Shown here piece after piece: positions 25,631 through 38,175 of a stretch of DNA of 64,000 bases. Source of the DNA: Chiloscyllium plagiosum (lineage: Eukaryota); the NCBI RefSeq assembly GCF_004010195.1, contig NW_025215113.1:1-64000 (forward strand), given 5' to 3'. Made by a program: the position numbers and the translations under genes. The notes under the pieces were generated by a model. That model was not told the DNA's origin. It did not search any database and was given only the letters and a program-made list of their open reading frames with translations. The stretch's first letter is position 1. Each line of letters begins with the position of its first letter.

Positions 25631-26302
25631 GTCAGGTAGAACAAGTAGTCAACAATATTAAATTGTGCTAAAGTGCATGAGACAACCCTTAGTGTCTTGT
25701 TCATTTGAGTGTTAGAGAGCATTGAAAGTACAACTTGCTGGTCAACAGACAAATCCCGATTGAGAAGTCAGTTCAACTCACTTCAGAAAAGCAAGTGATC
25801 TGGTTATGTACTGGATCAATAGTAAGCAAGGGAAAGTCAAATGCACATTGTCAGAATGTCCACAAAATTTCCAAATTTAAATGGGGATACAGCAAACCTT
25901 CTAAGAGAATTTAAAGTGTTTAAGCAGTGGTCGGAGATATAGCTTTTAGATTTGAGTGTGTCCAATACAGAAAAGCCATCAAAATTTGTTTACTAATTGG
26001 GAATAAAGCATTACACAGACTTCACCCATCAGAATGAACAGCTGAAGAACTAAAATATCCCCAAAAGAACGGATCAGATTGAAAAACAATTCAGAGTCAA
26101 ATTAAACATGCGTATTCAGTGACTAAAATCCATGTTATTTAGATAGAAACCAACAGAGTTTGTAAGCAGGTGCAACAAAAAGGGTTCATGCTGTGATTTT
26201 TTAGATGGGGAGCTAGCAAAGAAAATTATTGAGTTGATTGCATCAACCCCCATGGAACCTTTCCAGAAATATTTGCGAGATAAATTGAAGAGTTATTGCA
26301 TC

Positions 26303-26652
26303 GGGGAGGAATTGATGGCTTAGTGGTATTAGTACTACACTATTAATCCAGAGACCTGGTAATTTTCTGGGGATTGGGTTCAAATTTTGCCATGATAGAT
26401 GGTGGAGTTTGAATTCAATAAATATTTGGAATTAGGAGTCTAATGATGACCATGAAACCATTGTTGATTGTCAAGGAAACACTCATCTGGTTTACTAATT
26501 TCCTTTTCGAGAAAGGAAACTGCCATCCTTATCTTGGCTGGCCTACACGTGACGCCAGACCCACAGTAATGTGACTGACACTTAACTGCCCTGTGGGTAA
26601 TTAGGGATGGGTAATAAATGGCCAGTGACATCCACAACCTGTGAAGGAATAA
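26303..26652 (+). mobile_element. SINE family B, full length, interrupting gag
   Basis: tggcttagtgg A-box, gggttcaaat B-box, shared core and LINE-type tail. Confidence 0.88.
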
Positions 26653-27224
26653 AGGAACTACTGAAAGATGTCTGCAAATGTAAAGTGATCTTCACAGGTT
26701 GACAAAGCTTGCAGGTCCCAAACACTATCTCAGTACAACAATAGAGTTCCCAACATAGCAATACATATAGAAGGTGTGGCCTTTTGCATACACCAAGGAA
26801 ATTACAAGTTTTCAATCAATTTTGCAAGGTCGGTGGTAGAAAATGCCATTGACACTGGCAGTGCAAAGGATGATGCAGCTAAAAAAGATGTGCATTGACC
26901 CAAACAGACTGCACACAGGGATACATAATGACCATCTGGTATCCTGGTGTCATGACATATACATGAAATAATCTAATGCACACAACAAGACAAAGAATGA
27001 TGAACACATGTCTGACACTGTCAAGAGTTCAAATTATCTGTCCTCAGGAAACTGATGCCTGTTTGATATTGGGTAAGATTGATGGAGAATGTAAAACCAT
27101 AAGCTCCAAAATGAGCTATAAAATACAAACCAACACATGGTAAAAGTAAAGGAATGTCTCAAAACGCTTGTGCAACAAAACCAGTCAGTGGCTAATCTAG
27201 ATTAAAACTTTGCTATAGCCTGTC

Positions 27225-27900
27225 AGCATCTGTCTTCTTTTTTGGGCATTCCTTTGAGATTAAGAATGCCTTTAAACAGTCTAATGCCGAATCTTCACAT
27301 CCTGCCACATGTGGGGCAAGTGGTGCTTGCAGAGACATGGAACCCTCAGGTTTTCACACAGTCCTTCCATTATGTGCAGTTCTCACCACTAGGTCTGGGA
27401 GAAATACTCAAGATGGTTGACACCTTAATGGATGCTTGTTTTCCAGTTTGAGAGGCATAGGCAAAGGGATTATCATGAACAAGTGCATGTTGCATTTATT
27501 CAAGGAGACTTTTAGATCATCCTTGAATCTTATTCTCTACCCTCCTGGTAACTGTTTGACCTATCGAAGCTTGGAGTAAAAAACTTGTTTTGGAAGTCTT
27601 GTGTCAGATGCATGGAGGATGTGGCCCACCCATTGCAGCTGATTGGTAGTAACCAATGACTTGACGATGGGGATGGTTGCTGAAGAGAGGTCACTGGAAT
27701 TTCAGGACATTGGATCCACTGGTGATATTTTCTAGGGATTTAATATGTTCGTTGCACACTGACCATGTCTCTGATGCTTACAGAAAAGCAAATTGCACAA
27801 GTTCTCTGCAGACCATTAGTTTGCTGTTGAGTTTTGAGTCTTTGGCTATTGTATCAGGCTAAGCAAATGCTTGTATATTAACCACAGTTCATGAAAGGAA
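27225..27900 (-). mobile_element. RTE-clade LINE 3' fragment
   Basis: Minus translation NQLQWVGHILHASDTRLPKQVFYSKLR...RFKDDLKVSLNKCN and C-terminal CPTCGR. Confidence 0.85.
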
Positions 27901-28974
27901 GGCTTGACAATACAAACAGAACCAACAGACATTACCACTGATGACTGTGGGAAATCAGAAGCAACTGCAGACAGTCACCATCATAATTCACTGATATATC
28001 CAAATCTTACCCGTATACTATAGAGACTCATAGGCTCACATGCTATTTTAAATGTTTTTTATTCATGGAATATATTCATTATAAAAAGTGCATCATGACT
28101 CTCAATCACAACACATTATAGCATACTTGGCCATGATGACACTTGATTTTAAAGTTATTTCGACTAAACCAAAGGAGCATTTAACAAAACAGTGGAGGTT
28201 CCCTGCGTGTTATTGCACATTATTTCTGCTCAATATTTCCTCAAAATCCTATTCTGCACCAAAAACGGAAGGAAAATTAAAGAAATTTCTCTTCAGTATT
28301 TCCACTCCTTCCCATTTTGAAGTAGGTTTACAATGTGCTTTCTGTAAGAATTGCTGCCAGTGAGCAGTGCATTCAAAGAGACCATCCCATCATTTTTGAT
28401 CATAGGTTGCCACAAGCTTAAGAAATTTCAAGTTGATAAAATCCTTTTCATTAATATTTAAAAAGAGTGAGAGTGATTTGGAGGTTTTATGTCATAGTTA
28501 ATACTCCTGTATTTAGCCATTAGCTGCCATCAGCTGATCTATAGAATGTGACTCAACTGAACTTAGTTTTGATTTTTTGTTCAGTATGACCGGAGGCAAT
28601 GTCATTGTCTTTGAACTCAAAACCACACCCAAATTGGCAAAACTGCGATCCAGGCGATGAGGTACCTTGGCTGGTACACTAGTGCAGCAGGTTTCAGCCG
28701 AGACTGTTAGAATGCAAATATCTCTGAGATGTAATTGTCCTTACCAATTCTGGGTATCATGCTCATGATCACTTCACAATCACTGATGTTCAGCTATATT
28801 GCCATATCACGGAGAAGATACAATTGGCAGGGAATTTACAGAATACATAAATTAAGCATAGATCACATATATACGACTCCTGTCTCCCAAAGCTTGTTCC
28901 TTCTAGACAGAAGGAGATGCAGTTTACTTTGTATATAATGTCAGCCTATAATTCAGATAATTGATGACAGCACA

Positions 28975-29075
28975 AAAGAAAAATGCTGCGGATGCTGGAA
29001 ATCTGAAAAAAGACCAAAAAAAAAATGCTGGAGGTCAGGTCAGGCAGTGTCTGTGAAGAGAAACAGAGTTAACTG
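28975..29075 (-). mobile_element. Penelope-like terminal-repeat fragment
   Basis: tgctgcggatgctggaaatctgaaa...caggtcaggcagtgtctgtgaagagaaacagagttaac. Confidence 0.75.
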
Positions 29076-29159
29076 GCAGAATCCTGTAAGGCGCTGAGTG
29101 ACATAAGTTATGGCGAGATGTGTGCAGAATTTGGTAAGGTGTTTTTTGCCCTGTTTTCC

Positions 29160-29720
29160 TCATGGAATGAGAGAGAAGCAAGTATTATGGAAACAATAAT
29201 GGGTGACACAGCTATTATGTTTGGTACAGATGGGGAGATGTGACGAGGCAGTGCAGGACGCATGCAGGAGAAGTGGTGTCAGGGATTGGGTGTATGAGAG
29301 TGGGTGCGGGAGATGTTGAAGGCAATAGTAAGAGCAGAAGAGCATGAGCCTTGAAGAGAGGTAGGCACAGTAGCAGAGACAGAGCAAGTGTGAGGTTTGG
29401 GAAAGAAGGTAGTGGTGGAAAACATCATAGATCTGCTTCCTGCAGCACTGTGCATTCCTCCAGATGGCTGAGAGTGCTTTGACCCCCATAACAATGTCAG
29501 GCTAGGCTGGCATAGACTAGTGTCATGGCCTCCACTGCTAGTCCTGGGAGCAGAGAAAGATCTGCCTGTGCACATCCCCATCTAGCAGGACCTCCAGTAT
29601 TCCAATTTACCACCTGTTCTGGCATGTTCAGAGCAAATGTCACAAACCATGCAGGACAACTCTGGACTGACAGTGCTTGCCTGAGTCCACAATGTCCTTT
29701 TAAAGATAGCATCTGTGCCA
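29160..29720 (-). mobile_element. PIF/Harbinger-like remnant with decayed Myb/SANT-like segment
   Basis: Minus frame reads LEVLLDG...PA*PDIVMGVKALSAIWRNAQCCRKQIYD. Confidence 0.6.
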
Positions 29721-29929
29721 GGGATACCAGTGAATTCCAAGATATCCAATGAGTGAAACGCTCTTCCAGAAATGGTGTGTTGAGGCAGCAACACCAAATA
29801 CTGCAGTGAATTTGGTAAGATACAGCGAAATAACGTGATCATCCTCAAGATGCGAATCAGTCCACCAAACCCAACACAACTTAGATTTAACCAATAAATT
29901 GTAAGATTTACCTCACCACTTTAGGTCAA

Positions 29930-30572
29930 TGACCAGAACTGAAGTAAGATAGAGATATAGATACTTTCAGCCTCTGGAATGGAAGGGAGCCAAGAAGTAC
30001 AAAGGAGAAGGTCTGTAATTGGCTGGAAGCTAGCAGACATTTAATAACAAAGTATGTCATGATGCAATAGCCAAACAGAGTGACAATGGATAAAGTGAAA
30101 AAGCAATGGCCGTATCTAAATGAGACATAGTTTGCTACATAAAAATCATTTAATGCAAATAGAGGGATAAAGAAAGAAACAAGATGAAAACCAATGCAGC
30201 AAAACAAAAAAAAAACAGAACTTGATATGGAACAAGTGGAGACAGAGGTTATGATATATGGCTGCTAATATTCAAGCTCAATGTTGACTTGGTTCTTATT
30301 TAAGAATTCATGCTGTATTTGGCACAACGCTTCTTTTCTTTATCCATCAGAATCAAATTGGCTGTTGCATCATTAAATCATTTGTTATTTAATCTCTCAT
30401 GACCTCTGTCCTATTACAGTGCTTCTACCTGGGTCTTCCTTTCACTAGCTTTGAAGTTTTTACGTTGCTATCCTACTTCTTATTAAATGTCATCAATCTG
30501 AAACTTTTACACTGTTTCTCGCTTCAGTTCCTACCAGATCTGCTAAGTTTCTTCAGATTTTTTTGTTTGTAT
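29930..30572. mobile_element. Old Penelope-like remnant
   Basis: ttcaagctcaatgttga (as at 23085) and gttcctaccagatctgctaagtttcttcagattttttgtt terminal motif. Confidence 0.45.
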
Positions 30573-31569
30573 ATCATTAAGCTATTAAAAAAACTATAAT
30601 GTGTAATATACTGTATACCACTGCTCTCTGCCAACACAAAATAAAACAAGTAGGAGAGAAGAGGAAAAGTGCAAAGGGAAAGAGGACATTGAAAGTCACA
30701 GTTGCAAGCAGCTAGTGCATATGACTCTTACTTTTATAAAAAGTAAAAGTCATACTGTATTATTAACCTCAAAGAAAAACTAAAAATAACTTGATATTGC
30801 TGCATGAACATTACATTCAATTGCAATTTACCAAATATATTTCTGTTATGAATGATTATTTCGCAATAGTTTCTTCCTACATTGCCTGTTCTACACGCTT
30901 AAACAATTCACAGACCAGATTAGTCTTTGATAGTGAAGTTGCTTTTTCATGCAGTTACACTAAAACAGTACATATACTCTTCCTTTACCCAATAACTGAT
31001 CATTTACTTCTTTTAAAGCACAGGATTTCCACATGATTTCATTCAAATTATTAGATTTTCACTTCAAATTGACTGAAATGAATGTGCCGATCTGTAGATT
31101 ACCACTGCAGATTCAGAGTCTTGTCGCTGTTAAGCAATAATCATAATTCTCAATTACAACCCATTCTGTCATGTACATGCTGTGTCAGAACTATGACATT
31201 CCACTTGATAGGTTAACGTTATACATACCATAGGCATCTACAGGTTTGTACTGAAGGGGTTAAAGTCAAAGACCATCACACATCCCATACAATACTGAGC
31301 ATGCCTGTGGGATAGATTTAGTTTTTTCTCCCCCAACTTCCGTTGAAACACAAGAGGTCAACATGAAAAAATGCTTAACATGTTTCATATCAGTTACACT
31401 GGATGTCTCCCAGACATCACCCATACTTTTCTTTTGGAGGAGTTTTACTAACTCCCATAGGTGCTGTTAAATGAGTTAGAACTTGAGACACAGCAGTACC
31501 TACCAGAATCACAAGGTAATTTCAATCTTACCTACCACTGACAGAAAGTAAAATTGCGATGCACTCTGA

Positions 31570-31918
31570 AATGCATTGTGTCTCTAGGCTCGTAATCCAG
31601 AACCCCAAGCTAATATTCTGGAGATGTGGGTTCAACCCCACCATGGCAGATGTGAAAACTGAATTCAATGAAAAGATGGAATTAAAAATCTAGCCTAATG
31701 GCAACCATGTAACCACTATTGATTGTCATGAAAACCCATCTGGTTCACTAATGTCCTTCAGAGATGGAAATCTGCCTTCTTTACCTGGTCTGGCCAATAT
31801 GTGACTCCAGACACATAACAATGTGGTTGACTCTTACCTGTCTTCTGGCCAGTTAAACTGTGCAATAAATACTGATCTACAGAGCAAAGTTCACATCTCA
31901 TGGATGAATAAAAGAAAA
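31570..31918 (+). mobile_element. SINE family B
   Basis: gggttcaaccccaccatggcag...aaacccatctggttcactaatgtcctt...gaataaaagaaaa. Confidence 0.88.
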
Positions 31919-32094
31919 TGTGACTGCTTCAATCATAACACTTTCCTGCAAGGTGGATGAAGTTTAAGTTTTTCTCTACAGTCAACATGATTTAATATAT
32001 ATTGTGGAATGAGGACAATGGAGAAAAGCTGAAATGCATCAGAGTAGTCCTCTCACTACTGTATTAGTAGTATTCTGGTTTATTTGCAGTGTTT

Positions 32095-32607
32095 CCATCT
32101 CAATCCATGATTTGAGAACCAAAATTGAGGCTCCCACTCTAGTACAAGGAAGGCTGCATGGTCGGAACTGCGATCTTTCAAGTTAAACATTACACTGTGG
32201 CTGTGTGGTGGGAAGAAAAGATTTCACTGCACCATTTCAAAGGGGAGCAATAACCTGATGTCCTGGCCAGTATTTATCCTTCAAACAACATCACAAAAAT
32301 AAACTACGTGATCATTATGACATTGTTTTGGAAAAGTGGCATACCAGGTTTGAAATGTTAACTCTGTTTCCCACTCTACAGATGTTATTAGACCTGATGA
32401 GTTTCTCTAACGTTCTCTGTGTTTCTTTCAGTTTTCCAACATTTGCCATTTCTTTTTTGCTGCACAATATATGGGAGTTTGCTGTGTGCAAATTGGCAAC
32501 TACATTACACCAGTAACTATGCTTCAAAAAATACTTCATTGGTTGTAAAGCACATTGGGGCATTCAGTGTTTGTGAAAGGTGCTATATAAATGAAAGTAG
32601 TTCTTCA
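32095..32607 (+). mobile_element. Deu-domain SINE (SacSINE1-like) with nested Penelope fragment (~32325-32450)
   Basis: tgtcctggccagtatttatccttcaaacaacatcac...tgggagtttgctgtgtgcaaattggc...gtgaaaggtgctatataaatg. Confidence 0.8.
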
Positions 32608-34639
32608 ATACTATTTACTGCATACATCAGCAACAGTCCCTTAGTAATACTTAGAGCACAAATCAAGTTCATTCCTTCCTCTTTTGCAGCATGTACAACA
32701 TGTAAGCATTATTTTGTATGTTTTTACAATTTAAGGAAAAATATAAAATCAGCCAGACTTCCAAGTAATGACTGCCAATCAATGATCAATTCCTAGAAGA
32801 GCATGAATGTAGACATTATAATCAAAGGATCAAGTTTGATTGTTTTGTCCTTATTGGTCAAAAATCTTGTTAAACATTTAGTACTTCACACATGAGGAAT
32901 GTTAACCTGGACAACTGCTGCTCCTGTAACTCAGTAAGAGAAATGAAAAGTGGAAAACCCAACACGCTGAATCAAACCTTAGGAAACCCCTTGCCTGACA
33001 ATGACAAATGAGATTGTTAAATCTGTGGTGCACACTTACCAATAATCTACTGAATTCTCCCAAGTTGTATCAGCAGCATTGCACAGAGTGAAGAAATGGT
33101 GTAAAAGTATTTCTCTACGCTTCAGAAGAATTAGATTTCCAGATTGTATTTCATTATCTCAGTCTGGCTGGTGAGAGGTTTGAATTCCCTGTAGGGTTCT
33201 ACAGAGTAGGGCATCCCTCACAGTGCAGAGAGAGGGATAGCTTGACAAGTTGCGAAAGGCTTGTGTGTGTGTGTTTTTAACAAGCTGAAGCTGTCTAACT
33301 GGTTACTTTTCAAAATGACATTTTAACTATTTAACTAAACTGTGCAAAGGGAAGTATGAAACAGAAAGAACCTTGGAAACAAAACACACACAGTTCTTTC
33401 ACACCTCTCAAGTCCACAATGCTAAACTGACTTATTTAAAGACCCAGACAGCTTAAAACAAAACTTTTAATATAATCAGGTAAAAAAAGACAAAAGTCGA
33501 ACAACAGATGTCCAATATAGATAGCAAAATGTACTTCAGTGACAATGTGCAAAAATAACAGGAAAAATGACTTTATAAAAAGAGCAAAAGTCACTGAACC
33601 ATATCTCCCCTTCACTTAGCAATTGCCAAACAAAAGATACATTCAGACTGTGTGGTTTTTTTGCCACATGTGTTACTATCTAAAAGTAAAGCTGAGCACT
33701 TGCAAGAACCTTCACAATATGAGTAATCCACCACTTGTGTTTTGACAGATGATGATTGCTTAAGCTGTTGGCTAGCTCTGTCACACCTCACAGCAGGTGC
33801 TTGCTGGGACTGAGGTGCTTTGACACTGAGGAACAGTATCTTTGTCCTTCTCATTAAGGGTTGATGACATCTTCCCCACTCCATTTTCTTTCTCATGATT
33901 GGCCCTGCTACATTTTGTTTGAAGAGAAGGGAGCAATCTTCATCTTTCCCTGTAGGGCACGCTGGAGGAACCTAATTCAAATGGTTATGCTGGTTCCTTC
34001 AGCACTGCATGCGACCAGCAAACTCTAGGCTGGTATTTCATTATCAATGTCACCATATTAAATGGAGTCTCAACACAGCATCCAACTGGGAGTTTTCAGA
34101 TATCATTGAACAGAGAACCAGCAACAGAAAAATCTGTTGCTTCAGTCCCAATTCTTTTCTTTTCTGAATCCAATCTTTATGCACGTTCTCTATATGGCCA
34201 ATGGGGCTACTTTATTACCAATAACAGTGCTCTCTCTATATATATATGTTTATATTTTCTATTAGTCTTCAGTTCCTTACATCTAGGAAGCTCTGGGTCC
34301 GCTTAATTTTTCACATACATAATGGATAGCAATACAACATGCCAGCACCTGTCGTTCACAGAAACTTTGTACTTATTATCCGATAGATGAGTTAAAGCCA
34401 TTGAAATCTAAGTAGACTATAATGTAGTTAAAATAGTGTCCAAAATAGTCATCACCTACATAAAGCAGTTACTTCATGAAAGTTACTTTTCCCTAAGTTC
34501 GGTCCATATTGTTAAGGAAGAAAATTTGCATACTGTCGCCATATCACCAGAGCATTTTGTCATCATCAGCAGACTCTTAATTCAATCCAACATCTGCTCA
34601 GGGTCTTGAGTTTCAGCAGAGGATCTTTATGTTTCACAA

Positions 34640-34980
34640 CAGGTGCATTCTTGGCCCTTCATTGCACCTCAAATGCTTCACAGACAATTGATCATTTTTG
34701 CAGTCACTTTGTTAAGCAAAATAGCAGAGAAAACAAAAAGCCATGAACAATGACCAGTTAATCTGGTTTGGAGTTGTTTGTCAAAGGATAGATATTGGCC
34801 TGGAACACTTTGCATCTTTTTTTTATTATGCCACATGATCTACCACATGAGTCAAGGCCTCAATTTAACATCAGGGCCAAAAGATAGAACTTCCAACATG
34901 ACAGTTCTTCTCCAAGGTTTCACTGAAATATGGGGTTAGGTCAGGTGCCAAAGTCCACGAATGGGATGCAAACCCAAGGA
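34640..34980 (-). mobile_element. Degenerate Deu-domain SINE
   Basis: ggatagatattggcctggaacac and ggcctcaatttaacatc match the reverse complement of the Deu core. Confidence 0.6.
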
Positions 34981-37900
34981 AAGGAAATTGGAACTTTTGT
35001 GTCTATTCATTGGGCATTAAAAGTTCCCTTAGAGTTCACAAATGGGATTTCATCCCCCTGTGGAGAGTTGGATGGACAGTTAATCAGGTAGGAGGGTAGT
35101 GGGTCATTTCTCCAGACCATCCCTACTGCTGTCTCAATTAAGTGGGAAGACCTGTGGACCAAGTACCCAAATAAGCCCCTCATTCCTCGAACACTTGTAT
35201 TCACCCATGGGGGAATCACAATGTAAGAAGGCAAACAAGCAAACCCAGTTGCGATTCCCTGAAGGCTTCTGCAGATAACTTCATTCAGAAGGCACCTGGT
35301 ACCTGATTGTGGAGCCCTACATTGTGAAGGGGAGTGGGTACCTGCTAACAGTTTGCAGTTTTAAGTTGCCAGCCTCTGACTGGCAGGCAGCTCTCACAGT
35401 GGGATTGCTGTCCTCGGTTCCTTGATGCTGGTGACAGTTCAATTGAGTGCCTTTTTGAAAACGAATTGGTTTTTCTCTGATACTTACATGACATTTTGCC
35501 AGTGGTACCTGCTGCATGCTATGGGGCAAACCATGCCAGGTGCTATGTTGGTGAGGGTGTTACCATATCCAGCAGGATTATGTAGAATAGACATCTGAAA
35601 GTAAAGCTTCAGATTCCTGGGAATGCTGAATTCAAAGAGTGCCATACATCCAAAATTTGTGTCACACTGCACATTAAACAAATTAAATTTGCAAAGGGAC
35701 CATTGCATGAACAAGCTACAAAAGCCATGTATCACCATGGATCACAGTACATAACTCCAGCCACAAGCTCAAATACGTGCCTGCCAAAACAATTAATCAA
35801 TTAGCCTCTGTGATAAGCCAGTATGTAGAAGACAATTTAAGTTAAATGTACAACCCAAGAACAACAGTCATTTCAAACTTAAAACGAAATGAACCATCAT
35901 TGCTCTTGCCTTCAACATTGCATCAGAGCCTGTAAACGCACTATCTTAATTTGCCTCAATGCAAAAGAGCTTTCAGCAGCATTGATGCACTGCATCAGTG
36001 ATCACACATTTGATTGAATGTATGTGAGATACAAATACATTCATAGTACTGCTAACCAGGGTTACTGCTTTATCATATTTTCCCTTCTTCATTTGCAGGG
36101 TAGCTTTAAGAGAGAGTAACCCTGACAACGCTAACACTAATATGCTTCCAGTTTTTCATGCAATATGCTTTCAGAGGATCACACTAATGTTTAAATGAGC
36201 TGACTTTTGCATTATAGTGTGAGCATTTCTCATTACACTGCCAGCACTTGTACACAAAGAGCAGTGGCCCCATCATCAATGCACCAGGCCGACATATTTT
36301 ACTTGCACAAACCTTTATTGTGCTTCATAGAATGTAGAACTCAATCTATTACAGTCTGGACTCTCAGAAGGGAACTGCATGAGAAGTAGCTGAGTTCTTG
36401 CAGAGAGCAGGTTCAGGCAGATGGGCTAAATGGCCTCCTTTTGTACTGTAACATTGTTATGTTTCTAAACTTTCTTAAAAAAGAATAATTGGTTTCCATC
36501 AGTTTCTGAGGCAATACAGCCTACAATCTCACAACCTATTCAGTAATGACATTTCTTTTATGGATTGATTTTTAACTTGCTTATCTTGAATTCTCAGGCT
36601 GTATCAGTAAATCCTTTAGGTCCAGTTCCATAGCACCACTTGAATATAATGCTTGGACTCATGAGAATCACAAAGATTTCCAACGATGCATGTCAAATGC
36701 ACGTGTATCTAACCTATCATTCTGCTGAAACATTATTTATTTTAGAAAAATATTTGGGAGATTCAGGGATTGCCAGACAATTGAAAGAGGAAGGCAAATA
36801 AGAGACATGCGTGCAGCATGGATGGATGGAAGAAAAAAGCACCACGAAAGATAATAATTTATTATAAGACGAAATGTTCCACTGGCAAAATGCAAAAGTT
36901 CTGGCACAGGGTGCAGGAGATCAGGGAAAATATTCCACACGTGTTGAAGTGACTATACATTACATAAGTCAGAATGATGTCACATTCATTCTCGCTTTTC
37001 TTCCCCCCACAAATTTGGCAGAACATTAGAAAATTAGTCAGGTTTTCCCATTTCTGTGTGACTAGGATGTGAAAAGTGGACAACAGCCTGGGTGAAGGCT
37101 TGCTTCCTAATATTACTATGTGAATGAGAGAGAGAAATATGTGAATTCAACACAGATAAAGGCCTAAATTTTTTCTTGTGAGGCACTCCAAGCCATTCAA
37201 ATCAGCCACTGTACGTGTGAAACATTATCTATTGGCTTATCCCCTCTCCTCTTCCAACTTCTCAAAGCAAATTTAAACATTAACACTTATAATGACCTAT
37301 TTTACTTAGTCTTCCCCTACTGAAAATGTAAATTGGTTATTTATTACTAATATGTGCAGCCATCAAAAGATACAATTCAAAGCTTAACAAAAACATCTAT
37401 ACATAGAGCTTGATGTGCTCGTATTGTGTATATGTTTCACTGAGGCACAAATTTATCTCACTTCTAACTCCATCAGTGCTCTTCAAACTTTGTGACAAAG
37501 ATAACCGTTATCGATGTTCCCTTAACCTGAAAAACGTTTATTGTCACACTGAATTGCCAAGGAACTGGACGGCTCATTCAAGTTATGTTACAGTTATGTT
37601 ACCATTGTATAAGTCATTGGTGAGGTTACATTTGAGTATTGTACATAGTTTTGGTCACCCTGTTATAGGACACACATAGCTAAAATGGAAAGAATGCAAA
37701 GATTTTACGAGGATGTTGCGAGGACTAATAGGCCTGAGTTATAGGGAGAGGTTAGCCAGGATAGGACTTTATTCTTGGAACGTAGGAGAATGATGGGTGC
37801 CCTTAATGAGGCGTATATAATCATGAGGGGTATAGATAGGATGAATCCCTTTTTCCCAGGGATGAGGAATTGAAAACTAGAGAGCATAGGTTTAAGATGA

Positions 37901-37987
37901 GAGGGGAAAGATTTCAAAAGGGCCCAGGAGGCAACTTCTTCATGCCGAGAGTGGTGCATATATGGAATGGGCTGCCAGGGAAAGTGG

Positions 37988-38175
37988 AGAAAGTGAGGAC
38001 TGCAGATACTGGAGATCAGAGCTGAAAATGTGTTGCTGGAAAAGCGCAGCAGGTCAGGCAGCATCCAAGGAACAGGAGAATCGACGTTTCAGGCATACGC
38101 CCTTCTTCAGGAAATTCCTGAAGAAGGGCTTATGCCCGAAACGTCGATTCTCCTGTTCCTTGGATGCTGCCTGAC
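37988..38175. mobile_element. Young palindromic Penelope-derived insertion with 16-bp TSD
   Basis: ctgccagggaaagtgg at 37972-37987 and ctgccagagaaagtgg at 38176-38191; 65-bp inverted arms. Confidence 0.88.
38114..38149 (+). ncRNA. Minimal type I hammerhead ribozyme motif
   Basis: AUUC-CUGAAGA-A-GGGC-UUAU-GCCC-GAAACGUC-GAUU, with a mirror copy on the minus strand at 38079-38114. Confidence 0.7.

Larger units (their letters stand above)
25237..26875 (+). mobile_element. Decayed Gypsy-type LTR retrotransposon: putative 5' LTR/PBS and gag
   Basis: taaCA|TGGTAT junction at 25448/9; gag-like LLREFKVFKQ...LLIGNKALHRL...FVSRCNKKGSCCDF at 25862-26303; decayed Zn-knuckle RCGLLH...CKVGGRKCH after the SINE. 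Confidence 0.65.
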
